Below are positions 17,694-26,503 of a stretch of DNA of 64,000 nt, piece by piece (position 1 is the stretch's first letter; each line of letters starts with the position of its first letter). Made by a program: the position numbers and the translations under genes. This DNA is from Chloroflexota bacterium (GTDB lineage Bacteria > Chloroflexota > Dehalococcoidia > UBA2979): assembly GCA_947472995.1 (NCBI GenBank), contig CANJBO010000003.1, forward strand, positions 22,917-86,916. Direction: 5' to 3'. Under the pieces are notes generated by a model, which saw only the letters and a program-made list of their open reading frames with translations, did no database searches and was not told where the DNA came from.

Positions 17694-18911
17694 ATGGCAA
17701 TTCAGCACCCCCTCGAAGGCGTCAAGATCATCGAGATCGCGACGTACGCGCCGGCCAACATCGCGGCCGGCTGGCTCGCGGACCTCGGCGCCGACATCGT
17801 CGTCATCGAGCCGCCCTCGAACCGCGCGCTTGGCCCCGAGTGGGACAAGAGTGACCGCATCCGCCACGTCGAGAACCGCAACAAGCGCGGCATCGGCCTG
17901 AACCTCCGCGAGGCGGCCGGGCAGGAAGTCCTGCACAAGCTCGCGAAGGACGCGGACGTGCTGATCGAGGCGAACCGCCCCGGCGTCGCCAAGCGCCTCG
18001 GCTTCGACTACGAGACGCTCTCGAAGATCAACCCGCGCATCATCGTGCTGTCCTCCACTGGCTACGGCCAGGAGGGCCCGTTCAAGATGCTGCCCGGCCA
18101 CGGCAACGTGTGGGAGGCCACCGGCGGCTGGCTCGCCTCGCAGGGCCTTGGCCTCGGCAACATGGCGGGTGACTACAGCGGCCTGCCGTGGCTGAACCCG
18201 TTCAACCTCGCCGACATCAAGTCCGCGCCGACGATCCTTGCCACCGTGCTCGCCGCGCTCTACGCGCGCGAGAAGACGGGCGAGGGCCAGTACTGCGACA
18301 TCGCGCTGTTCGACAACGTGATCGCGGTGAAGGACCCCTCGAAGCCCAGCAGCACCGGCGACGCGTACTACCACGACCGCCAGCCGCGCCCGAGCTGGAA
18401 CAACTACAAGTGCAGCGACGGCAAGTACATCGCCTTCGCCGCCGGCGAGGAGATCCAGTGGGCCAACCTGTGCAAGCAGCTCGGCCTGGAGCAGTACACC
18501 CACGACCGCGGCAACAACGTCACGCCTGAGAAGAACCGCGAGATCGCGGAGGCGATGGGCAAGGTCCTGGCGACCAAGACCCGTGACGAGTGGTTCGCCC
18601 AGCTGAGCCAGGTCGACACGGAGGTCGCCCCGGTCCTCTCGCTCGACGAGGCCGCGGAGCACCCGCAGGTCAAGCTGCGCAACATGCACGTCGAGGTGAC
18701 CGACGACGAGGGCTACCGCCAGATCCAGTACGGCACCCCGATCAAGCTGAGCAAGACCCCGCCGAAGCTGAAGCACCGCCGCGCGCCGAAGTTCGGCGAG
18801 CACACGGAGTCCGTGCTGCAGGAGCTGGGCTACTCCGGCGACCAGATCAAGAACCTGGTCGACTCCGGCATCGCGATCAGCCGCAAGTACGGCGGCGGCG
18901 GCGGCAAGTAG
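17694..18911 (+). CDS. family III CoA-transferase paralog 3
   Basis: ATG 17694 follows GGAGGAG (the track ORF starts 7 codons earlier). LEGVKIIEIATYAPANIAAGWLADLGADIVVIEPP, and NLADIKSAP...TGEGQYCDIALFD with the Asp present. Confidence 0.9.
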   Translation: MAIQHPLEGVKIIEIATYAPANIAAGWLADLGADIVVIEPPSNRALGPEWDKSDRIRHVENRNKRGIGLNLREAAGQEVLHKLAKDADVLIEANRPGVAKRLGFDYETLSKINPRIIVLSSTGYGQEGPFKMLPGHGNVWEATGGWLASQGLGLGNMAGDYSGLPWLNPFNLADIKSAPTILATVLAALYAREKTGEGQYCDIALFDNVIAVKDPSKPSSTGDAYYHDRQPRPSWNNYKCSDGKYIAFAAGEEIQWANLCKQLGLEQYTHDRGNNVTPEKNREIAEAMGKVLATKTRDEWFAQLSQVDTEVAPVLSLDEAAEHPQVKLRNMHVEVTDDEGYRQIQYGTPIKLSKTPPKLKHRRAPKFGEHTESVLQELGYSGDQIKNLVDSGIAISRKYGGGGGK

Positions 18912-18962
18912 CCGCACGCACCGTGGCGACTCGACGGCGCGTCGCGCATCGATGACCTCGTG

Positions 18963-19000
18963 CTCCCCGGTGCAGCGGACATGTCCGCCGCACCGGGGAG
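18963..19000 (+). terminator. rho-independent-type terminator
   Basis: CTCCCCGGTGC(A)GCGGAC-at-GTCCGC(C)GCACCGGGGAG is a long stem with one bulge, followed by TTCGTCTTTC. Confidence 0.7.
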
Positions 19001-19100
19001 TTCGTCTTTCACCACGGGCACGAGGAGCGCGAGCCCGCGGCGGCATCGACGCCTCGGCGGTGCAGGTTTACCGGCGTGACGTATAGACACCACGTCGTAC

Positions 19101-19148
19101 AGACACAGAGAGGGCCACGTCGGCGCCGACGTGGCCCTCTCTGTGTCT
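19101..19148. terminator. 48-bp perfect palindrome (24-bp arms, no spacer)
   Basis: AGACACAGAGAGGGCCACGTCGGC|GCCGACGTGGCCCTCTCTGTGTCT. I checked the reverse complement base by base. It lies 16 nt downstream of the minus-strand LLM gene stop. Confidence 0.6.
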
Positions 19149-19163
19149 CGCTCGCGCGGAACG

Positions 19164-20057
19164 CTAGCTCATGACCGCCGCGGCGAAGTTCCGCATCTGG
19201 TCCAGGTACCCACCGCGAGCGGCGGGCAGGTTGACGACCATGCGGTTCACGCCCAGTGCCTCGAAGGCGGCGATCTCCTGCTTGGCCATCGTCGGGGTGT
19301 AGCGGTTCCAGGTCATCTCGCCCCGGGCCGACATGGTGCCGCTGGCGTCCTCGCCCTCGGCGACCATCAGCGGCGACCAGCGCACGGAGATGTCCGGGAA
19401 CTTCGCGCCCTTCGCGTCGCAGTACGCGCGGAGCTGGTCAACCAGCGGCGCGAGCTTCTCGGCGGAGCTCCCGCTGGGGTGCCAGCCGCCGCCGTACTCG
19501 ACGATGCGGCGCCACGTCGGGGTGTTGTTGCCGCCGATGAAGAACTTCGGGTACGGCTTCTGCACCGGGTGGATGAGCGGCTGCACGTCGTCGAAGTTCG
19601 TGTACTTCCCGTGGAAGCTCGCGCGCTCGTTCGTCCAGAGCTCGACCATGACCTTCATGTACTCGTCGTTCATCGCGCCGCGCTCGTCGTACGGCAGGCC
19701 GAGGGCGGCCGACTCGTCCGGCTCGTGGCCCGGGCCGGTGCCGATGATCAGGCGGCCGTTCGACAGGTAGTCGATCGTCGCGAGCATCTTGGCGGTCTGG
19801 ACCGGCGGGCGGTAGGGGATCACGAGGATCGTGGTGCCCAGCAGCAGCTTCGTGGTGCAGGCGGCCATGAACGGCAGCAGCGCCAGCGGGTCCTTGAACT
19901 CGTTGCCGTAGTGCGCCGCCATGTTGCCGGGGAAGACCACGTGGTCGTTGACCCAGGCGGAGTCGTATCCGAGCTCCTCCGCCAGCCGCATCGTCTCGCG
20001 GCAGTTGTCCGGCGTGAACCAGGACGCGAAGTTCGGGATGACAAGACCGTATTCCAC
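19164..20057 (-). CDS. luciferase-like monooxygenase (LLM) class flavin/F420-dependent oxidoreductase
   Basis: Trimmed to GTG 20057, which follows AGAGGAGGGG. VEYGLVIPNFASWFTPDNCRETMRLAEELGYDSAWVNDHVVFP and the rest are LLM-typical. The upstream 61 codons of the track ORF lack coding character. Confidence 0.8.
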   Translation of the reverse strand: MEYGLVIPNFASWFTPDNCRETMRLAEELGYDSAWVNDHVVFPGNMAAHYGNEFKDPLALLPFMAACTTKLLLGTTILVIPYRPPVQTAKMLATIDYLSNGRLIIGTGPGHEPDESAALGLPYDERGAMNDEYMKVMVELWTNERASFHGKYTNFDDVQPLIHPVQKPYPKFFIGGNNTPTWRRIVEYGGGWHPSGSSAEKLAPLVDQLRAYCDAKGAKFPDISVRWSPLMVAEGEDASGTMSARGEMTWNRYTPTMAKQEIAAFEALGVNRMVVNLPAARGGYLDQMRNFAAAVMS

Positions 20058-20266
20058 AGGCCCCTCCTCTAATTGTGCGTCGGTGTTGTAGGCCCTTTGC
20101 GTCCCGGCGGTCAAGCAGCGACGAACGTGCGTGATACCTCGATCGCCCGTAGATCCGGGCGTTCGCGTCTCCTGCCGTCCGAGGCTCGTCGCCGTGCTGG
20201 AAGGAGACGCTGTGATAACGTGAATCATCGAGTCGTTCACACGCTGCCGAGGGGCGCACGCGCCGC

Positions 20267-20974
20267 ATGCTGATCGATCTGCACACGCACACCCGCCTCG
20301 GATCGCCTGACTCCTTCCTCGACCCGGACGAACTGGTGGAGCGCTCGAAGGCCGCGGGCCTCGACGCGATCGTCCTCTCCGAGCACGACCACACGTGGTC
20401 CCGCGACGACATCGCCGCGCTCTCCCACCGCCACGACTTCCTCGTCATCCCGGGCCTCGAGGTCAGCACCGACCGCGGCCACATCCTGGTCTACGGCGTC
20501 GAGGTCTACGACCCGTCGATGCGGGAGGCCGAGACGCTCGCCGACGAGGTGGAGCGCCTGAACGCCGCGATGGTCGCCGCGCACCCCTACCGCCTGCACC
20601 AGCCGATGAACTGGCTCGACCCCGACGACTTCGAGCGATCCGTCGAGCGCGTCCTCGTCGACCCCGCCTACCAGCGCGTCCACGCGATCGAGGTGCTCAA
20701 CGGGCACGGCACGCGGAAGCAGAACCGCTTCTCGGAGGCGGTGGCGACCCGCCTCGGCCTCCCGGGGACGGCAGGCACGGACTCGCACCAGGTGTCCGAC
20801 ATCGGCAAGGCCGCCACCTACTTCGAGCGGGACATCCGCGACGAGCGCGACCTCGTTCGGGAGATCCTCGCCGGGCGCTGCTGGGCGGTGGACCGCACCG
20901 CCGGGAAGCTGACAAGCGACGAGCGCCGCCACGGCGTCCCGGCCGATATCGCCGCGGGGTTCTCCGCCTCCTAG
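20267..20974 (+). CDS. PHP-domain metal-dependent phosphoesterase
   Basis: MLIDLHTHTRLGSPDS, VLSEHDH, PGLEVST, AAHPY and GTDSH match the PHP histidine/aspartate motif series. Confidence 0.8.
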   Translation: MLIDLHTHTRLGSPDSFLDPDELVERSKAAGLDAIVLSEHDHTWSRDDIAALSHRHDFLVIPGLEVSTDRGHILVYGVEVYDPSMREAETLADEVERLNAAMVAAHPYRLHQPMNWLDPDDFERSVERVLVDPAYQRVHAIEVLNGHGTRKQNRFSEAVATRLGLPGTAGTDSHQVSDIGKAATYFERDIRDERDLVREILAGRCWAVDRTAGKLTSDERRHGVPADIAAGFSAS

Positions 20975-21154
20975 CGGTTGGAGGCCGCGCCCCTCCGTCC
21001 GGCGCGCGATGCAGTCAGTGCGAGGTGTTGGCGAAAGATCGCGCGCTCCGTATACTCCGGCCCGTCCGGCCCCCGCCCGCGTGACGCGCCCTCGCGCGCC
21101 CCTCTCGCGTCGGACGGCACTGCGATCGAGGCACGGCTGGACGGAGCGCGATCG

Positions 21155-22393
21155 ATGACGCTGGCGAACGAACTGACCTCCTCGCCGCCGCTGCCCGGAC
21201 CGATGGCCGGGCTGCGAGTGCTCGACCTGACGCGGCAGATCGCGGGGCCGTACAGCACGAAGCTGATGGCGGACTACGGCGCCGACGTCATCAAGATCGA
21301 GCAGCGCGAGGTGGGCGATCCCTCGCGCCACCTCCCGCCGTACTTCCACGACGTGGTCGACGCGGAGGGCAGTCTCCACTTCCTCTACCTCAACACCAGC
21401 AAGCGCGGCATCACGCTCGACCTGAAGTCCGAGCGCGGGCGGGAGATCTTCCTCGACCTCGCGCGCACGGCGGACGTCGTCGTGGAGAACTTCCGGCCCG
21501 GCGTGATGGAGGAGATGGGCATCGGGTGGGAGACGCTGCACGCGATCAACCCGCGGCTCGTGCTCACCTCGATCAGCAACTTCGGGCAGACCGGCCCGTA
21601 CCGCGACCTGCGCGCGAGCGAACTCGTCGAGTACGGCATGAGCGGCGTCATGACGATTAGCGGCCGCGAGGACCGCTCGCCGCTGAAGCACGGCCTGTCG
21701 CAGGGCCAGTACGACGCGGGCGCCTACGCCGCGTGGGTCACCGCGATGATGCTGCTGTGGCAGGTGCAGGGCCGCGAGGGCCAGTGGGTCGACATCTCGA
21801 TCATGGACGTGCTCTCGACCACGCTGGTGCTGAACGAGCCGTACTACGCGTGGATGGGCGGCATCCAGGGCCGGCGCACCCCCGCCGGCGACGGTACCGG
21901 CAACGGGCTGGCCGATATCATGCCCTGCGCCGACGGCTACGTGATCGTCCAGCACCGCCAGCAGGAGCCGTGGGCGAACGTCGTCGCGCTGCTCGAGGAG
22001 CCCGAACTCGACAACGATCTCTACACCTCGAACGAAGGCCGGATGCTCGCCAGCGAGACGCTGTACGAGGCGCTGAAGAAGGGGCTCTCGCGCATCACGA
22101 AGCGCGAGCTCTTCGAGAAGGGCGCGAAGCTCGGCGTGCTGATCGGGATCGCGCAGGACCCGGCCGACATCCTCAACTGTCCGCATCTCAACGCGCGCGG
22201 CTACTTCGTCGACGTGGATCACCCGACCACCGGGCCGATGAAGTACCCCGGCGCGCCGGTGCGCATGCCCGGCACCGGCTGGGCCGTCCACCGTCCCGCG
22301 CCGCTGCTGGGCCAGCACACCGACGAGGTCCTGGACGAGCTGGGCATCAGTGCCGCGGAACGCGCCGAGCTGCGCGCGCAGAAGGTGATCTAG
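21155..22393 (+). CDS. family III CoA-transferase paralog 4
   Basis: ATG 21155; a start at M76 is also possible. MAGLRVLDLTRQIAGPYSTKLMADYGADVIKIEQ, and GQYDAGAYAA...REGQWVDISIMDV with the Asp present. Confidence 0.85.
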   Translation: MTLANELTSSPPLPGPMAGLRVLDLTRQIAGPYSTKLMADYGADVIKIEQREVGDPSRHLPPYFHDVVDAEGSLHFLYLNTSKRGITLDLKSERGREIFLDLARTADVVVENFRPGVMEEMGIGWETLHAINPRLVLTSISNFGQTGPYRDLRASELVEYGMSGVMTISGREDRSPLKHGLSQGQYDAGAYAAWVTAMMLLWQVQGREGQWVDISIMDVLSTTLVLNEPYYAWMGGIQGRRTPAGDGTGNGLADIMPCADGYVIVQHRQQEPWANVVALLEEPELDNDLYTSNEGRMLASETLYEALKKGLSRITKRELFEKGAKLGVLIGIAQDPADILNCPHLNARGYFVDVDHPTTGPMKYPGAPVRMPGTGWAVHRPAPLLGQHTDEVLDELGISAAERAELRAQKVI

Positions 22394-22395
22394 CC

Positions 22396-23808
22396 ATGAC
22401 CGCGACACCGATGAACCCGCTGCGCGATGGATCGCACTCGTTTGGCCTGCCGCTCGCCGGCATCCGCGTCCTCGACCTCACGTCGGTGTGGGCGATGCCG
22501 TACGCGTGCGGCGTCCTCACCGACCTCGGCGCCGAGGTGATCAAGATCGAGGGACTGCAGCGCCTCGACACCACGCGCGAGGCGGGCCTGTACCCGGATA
22601 CCAACGGCGGCTTCGAGCCGTGGAACAACCCCGGCACGTACTCCGTGCTGAACCGCGGCAAGCGCTCGATCACGCTGAACATGGCGAGCGAGCGCGGGCG
22701 GGAGCTGTTCCGCGAGCTGGTGAAGACGGCGGACATCGTCGTCGAGAACTACACCGCGCGCGTGATGCGCAACTGGCAGCTGGACTACGACCACCTGAAG
22801 GAGCTGCGCCCCGGCATCATCATGGTGTCGAACACCGGGTACGGCCACGGCGGCCCGTGGGAGAGCTACCCCGTGCAGGGCACCTCGCTCGAGGCGACGA
22901 CCGGCATCCCGAACTTCTCCGGCTACCCCGGCGGGCGACCGTGGACGATCGGCCAGTCGTACCCCGACTTCGTCGCGATGTGGCACGGGCTGTTCGGCGT
23001 GATGACCGCGCTGCGCCGGCGCACGCTGACCGGCGAGGGCCAGTGGATCGACCTCGGCATGTACTCCGCCAACGTCGCGCTGCAGGGCGAGGCGATGCTC
23101 GACTACGTGGCGAACGGCCGCCTCGGCGAGCGCATGGGCAACCGCGACCACATCAACGGCGTGCAGGGCGCGTACCAGACGGCCGGCGACGACCAGTGGA
23201 TGGTGGTCGCCGCCGCGACCGACGGCGAATGGCTCGCGATGCGGGGCGTCGCCGACGCCTCGGGCACCCTCGCATGGACCGGCTCGCCGCCGGCGACGCT
23301 CGCCGAGGCGCGCGCGCGACACGACGAGGTGGACGAGGTGCTGAGCGCGTGGGCCGCGACGCTCTCGCGCGAGGCCGCGGTCGAGGCGATGCGTGCCGCC
23401 GGCCTGCCCGCCGGCCCGTGCAACGACGCGCGCGACCTGCTGCTCGACCCGCACATGAAGGTGCGCGGCGTGTACGAGATGGTGGACCACTTCCCCGGCA
23501 CCGGCACCGGCCGCCGCCCGATCATCGGCCGTGCGTTCCGCCTCAGCGACGAGGAGATCAAGGTCTCCCGCCCCGCCCCCAAGCTCGGCGAGGCGAACGA
23601 CTACGTCTTCAAGGAGATCCTCGGCCTGTCCGACTCCGAGTTCGACGACCTGGTCGCGGAGAAGATCACGGGGACGAAGGAGCCGCTCACCGAGGCGCCC
23701 ACCGGGCTCCCGATCGACGCGCTCCTCGGCGTGCGGCGTATCCGCGTCCACGACCCGGACTACATCGAGAAGCTGGGGATCGTCCAGGAGGGTGCGACCC
23801 CGGACTAG
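22396..23808 (+). CDS. family III CoA-transferase paralog 5 (long form, about 470 aa)
   Basis: ATG 22396 lies 2 nt after the paralog 4 stop. LAGIRVLDLTSVWAMPYACGVLTDLGAEVIKIEG, and SYPDFVAMWHG...TGEGQWIDLGMYS with the Asp present. The 5' 221 codons of track ORF 21733..23808 are off-frame overlap. Confidence 0.9.
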   Translation: MTATPMNPLRDGSHSFGLPLAGIRVLDLTSVWAMPYACGVLTDLGAEVIKIEGLQRLDTTREAGLYPDTNGGFEPWNNPGTYSVLNRGKRSITLNMASERGRELFRELVKTADIVVENYTARVMRNWQLDYDHLKELRPGIIMVSNTGYGHGGPWESYPVQGTSLEATTGIPNFSGYPGGRPWTIGQSYPDFVAMWHGLFGVMTALRRRTLTGEGQWIDLGMYSANVALQGEAMLDYVANGRLGERMGNRDHINGVQGAYQTAGDDQWMVVAAATDGEWLAMRGVADASGTLAWTGSPPATLAEARARHDEVDEVLSAWAATLSREAAVEAMRAAGLPAGPCNDARDLLLDPHMKVRGVYEMVDHFPGTGTGRRPIIGRAFRLSDEEIKVSRPAPKLGEANDYVFKEILGLSDSEFDDLVAEKITGTKEPLTEAPTGLPIDALLGVRRIRVHDPDYIEKLGIVQEGATPD

Positions 23809-24010
23809 CCGAGGCGCGCCTGTTCGCTCGCACGCCCGGGACACTGGCGTCCGGTGCGCGAACCAGCCGTCACCGATTTCGCGACCCGGCCCCTCGTGGG
23901 GGTGACGGGCGTTGTAGACTGCTGCGATTGCGACCGTAGAGCCCCGGGGGTCCGCCGCGGCGGGCAGGGCTCGAGGGTCACCCAGACTGCTGGTATCCGA
24001 GGAGTGAGAC

Positions 24011-25201
24011 ATGTCCCTGCCGTTGGCCGGCATCAAGGTGGTCGATATCTGCACGGTCTACGCGGGCCCGTTCGCCGCGATGATGCTGGCGGACCAGGGC
24101 GCCGAGGTCGTGAAGATCGAGCCGCCCGACGGCGACTCGGCGCGCACGATGACGACGATCCCGGAGACGGACGTCTCGCTCTCGTTCCTCACGTTCAACC
24201 GCAACAAGCGGTCGGTCGTGTTCGACATCACCACGGACCCGGGCAAGGAAGCCGCCTACAAGCTCATCGAGGCGGCGGACGTCCTGATCATCAACACGCG
24301 TGTCGATGGCCGCCGCCGCCGCGGCTTCGACTACGAGACGCTGTCGAAGATCAATCCCCGCCTGATCTACGTCTCGATCACCGGCTACGGCGATGACGGG
24401 CCGGAGGCCAACCTGCCGGGCATCGACATCATCGTGCAGGCCCGCGTCGGCGACATCGGCAGCCGCACCGTGCCCGGCCAGGAGCCGCCACGGCACACGC
24501 CGCTGTTCCACTTCGACATGGGAACCTCGATCGTGACGGCGTGGGCGGTGACGCTCGCGCTTCGCGAGCGCGACAAGACCGGCCGTGGCCAGAAGATCGA
24601 GGCGAGCCTGCTCCAGACGGCGCTCACGCTGCACGCGCTGCAGACCGCGCGCGTCGAGGGCATCGATGTCCGCGGCGCGGTCCGCATGGAAGGGCCGCGC
24701 TCGGCGTACCGCTGTGCCGACGGCCGCTACGTCTCGAACACGACCGCCAACATCCGCCGCGGCTGGAACACGCTCATCGACACGTTCCCGATCCCGGAGC
24801 TGATCATCGATGAGCGCTTCGCAACTGAAGCGGGGCGCCTCGAGCACACGAAGGAGATCGAGGACATCCTGGCGAAGGAGTTCCTCACGAAGCCCGCCGA
24901 CGAGTGGGAGGCGATCTTCAAGGCCGCCGGCCACACCGCCAGCATCATTCGGCAGACCGAGGACGTGCACGAAGACCCGCAGGTCGTCGCGAACAACATG
25001 ATCACGCACTTCCACCAGCCGGGCCTCGGCGACGTGGACGCGGTCGGGCGGCCCTTCCGCTCCTCGGAGACCGCGAACGAGCCGGTGTTCCGCAGCCCCG
25101 CGCCGCACCTCGGCGAGCACACCGACGAGGTCCTGGCCGAGCTCGGCTACAGCGCGGATCAGATCGCGTCGATGCACACGGCGGGCGCGCTCGGCCACTA
25201 G
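24011..25201 (+). CDS. family III CoA-transferase paralog 6
   Basis: GAGGAG SD. LAGIKVVDICTVYAGPFAAMMLADQGAEVVKIEPP, and HFDMGTSIV...TGRGQKIEASLLQ with the Asp present. Confidence 0.9.
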   Translation: MSLPLAGIKVVDICTVYAGPFAAMMLADQGAEVVKIEPPDGDSARTMTTIPETDVSLSFLTFNRNKRSVVFDITTDPGKEAAYKLIEAADVLIINTRVDGRRRRGFDYETLSKINPRLIYVSITGYGDDGPEANLPGIDIIVQARVGDIGSRTVPGQEPPRHTPLFHFDMGTSIVTAWAVTLALRERDKTGRGQKIEASLLQTALTLHALQTARVEGIDVRGAVRMEGPRSAYRCADGRYVSNTTANIRRGWNTLIDTFPIPELIIDERFATEAGRLEHTKEIEDILAKEFLTKPADEWEAIFKAAGHTASIIRQTEDVHEDPQVVANNMITHFHQPGLGDVDAVGRPFRSSETANEPVFRSPAPHLGEHTDEVLAELGYSADQIASMHTAGALGH

Positions 25202-25226
25202 GCTGCGGCGGTTGCTCGAGGACACG

Positions 25227-25254
25227 AAGAAGCCCGCCTCACGGCGGGCTTCTT
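25227..25254. terminator. bidirectional hairpin terminator
   Basis: AAGAAGCCCGCC-tcac-GGCGGGCTTCTT, a perfect 12-bp stem followed by TGCGTC, between convergent genes. Confidence 0.7.
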
Positions 25255-25347
25255 TGCGTCTGCGCGACGAGCCGAGAGGCTCGGTGTCACACATCCGGTC
25301 GAGGTGCCCACCGCCGGAGCGATGAGCGACCCTCGACGGTGCGCCTG

Positions 25348-26373
25348 CTACTGCAGGTTGAACTTCTGGATGCGCTTCCCGTTGTGCACCTCGGCGGTGT
25401 AGAGGTTGCCCTTCGAGTCGGCGGCGATGTTGTGCACCCACTCGAACTGGCCGGCCATGCGGCCGCCTCGACCGAACGAGCCCACGATCTCCAGGCTCTT
25501 GCGGTTGAGGATCCACACCTTGAAGTTCGACCCATCCGGGACGTACAGCCAGGTCTGGTCGGCGTCCTTCGAGAGCTCCACGTCCCACGTCGAGCCGGCG
25601 CCGCGGGTCTCGCGGCGGACGAACGTCTCGGTGACGTACGTGCCGTCCTTCTGGAAGACCTGGATGCGGTCGTTGACACGATCGGTCGCGTACACCAGCC
25701 CGTCGTTCGCGATGCGGACCGAGTGGACCGGGTTGCGGAACGAGCGGATCGTCGGCTGCGACGGGTCGTACGCCTCCAGCGGGCCGTCGACCGGCACCTC
25801 GCCGAACGAGCCCCAGTGGCGCTTGTACTCGCCGGTGTTCGAGTCGAACACCACCACGCGGCGGTTCTCGTAGCCGTCGGCGATGTAGACCTCGTTCGCC
25901 GCGTCATCCACGGTGATGTCGGCGGGACGGCCCAGGTGCTTCTTGTCGTTGCTGCCGCTGGTCTTGCCCAGCTCGCCGATCGTCATCAGCAGCTTGCCGT
26001 CGACGGTCAGCTTGTTCACGACGTGGTCTTCGCCGCCGTTGCTGCCGACCCAGACGTTGTCCGAGTCATCGACGTAGATGCCGTGCTCGTTCTGCGGCCA
26101 GTTGTCGACCTTGCCGATGCCGCCGAACGCGTGGATCACGTTACCGGCCGGGTCGAAGCAGACGACCGGCGGCGCGGGCTGGCAGCACTCGGAGCGCGGC
26201 GGGTCCTGGATGGCCCCGGCCTCGGACTCGTCCAGGCTGTTCCCGCGGTGGATCACCCAGACGTTGTCGTGCGAGTCGACCGCGATGCCGGAGCACTGAC
26301 CGAACACCCAGTTCTCGGGCATCGGCTTCGGCCACATCGGCTCGACTTCAAACTTGGGGACTGCTTGGTTCAT
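25348..26373 (-). CDS. NHL-repeat six-bladed beta-propeller, peptidyl-alpha-hydroxyglycine alpha-amidating lyase (PAL)-like, no signal peptide
   Basis: ATG 26373 (MNQAVPKFEVEPMWPKP...). ADGYENRRVVVFD resembles the PAL ADGYCNSRI motif. There are repeated blade motifs (VYATDRVNDRIQVFQKDG, LYTAEVHNGKRIQKF) and a conserved SECC pair. Confidence 0.75.
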   Translation of the reverse strand: MNQAVPKFEVEPMWPKPMPENWVFGQCSGIAVDSHDNVWVIHRGNSLDESEAGAIQDPPRSECCQPAPPVVCFDPAGNVIHAFGGIGKVDNWPQNEHGIYVDDSDNVWVGSNGGEDHVVNKLTVDGKLLMTIGELGKTSGSNDKKHLGRPADITVDDAANEVYIADGYENRRVVVFDSNTGEYKRHWGSFGEVPVDGPLEAYDPSQPTIRSFRNPVHSVRIANDGLVYATDRVNDRIQVFQKDGTYVTETFVRRETRGAGSTWDVELSKDADQTWLYVPDGSNFKVWILNRKSLEIVGSFGRGGRMAGQFEWVHNIAADSKGNLYTAEVHNGKRIQKFNLQ

Positions 26374-26503
26374 TGCGACCGCCTTCCGCAAACAAGTTGT
26401 GCGCCGCGACTATTCGTCAGAACGCAGCGCGCGTCAAGGTAACAACCGTGCGCCCGGGCTTCTTGCGAACGCACGCAGTAATAGACGTATGCGAGGTGCA
26501 CGC

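Noticed and set aside
9260-22408. Very long minus-strand ORFs 9260..11047 (595 aa), 13642..16680 (1012 aa), 17577..19046 (489 aa) and 20237..22408 (723 aa)
   Set aside because: All are antisense to well-supported plus-strand genes (binding protein, CoA-transferases, PHP). All are dominated by R/A/G/D/V/L repeats with no domain signatures. They arise because stop codons are rare in the antisense frames of high-GC3 genes.
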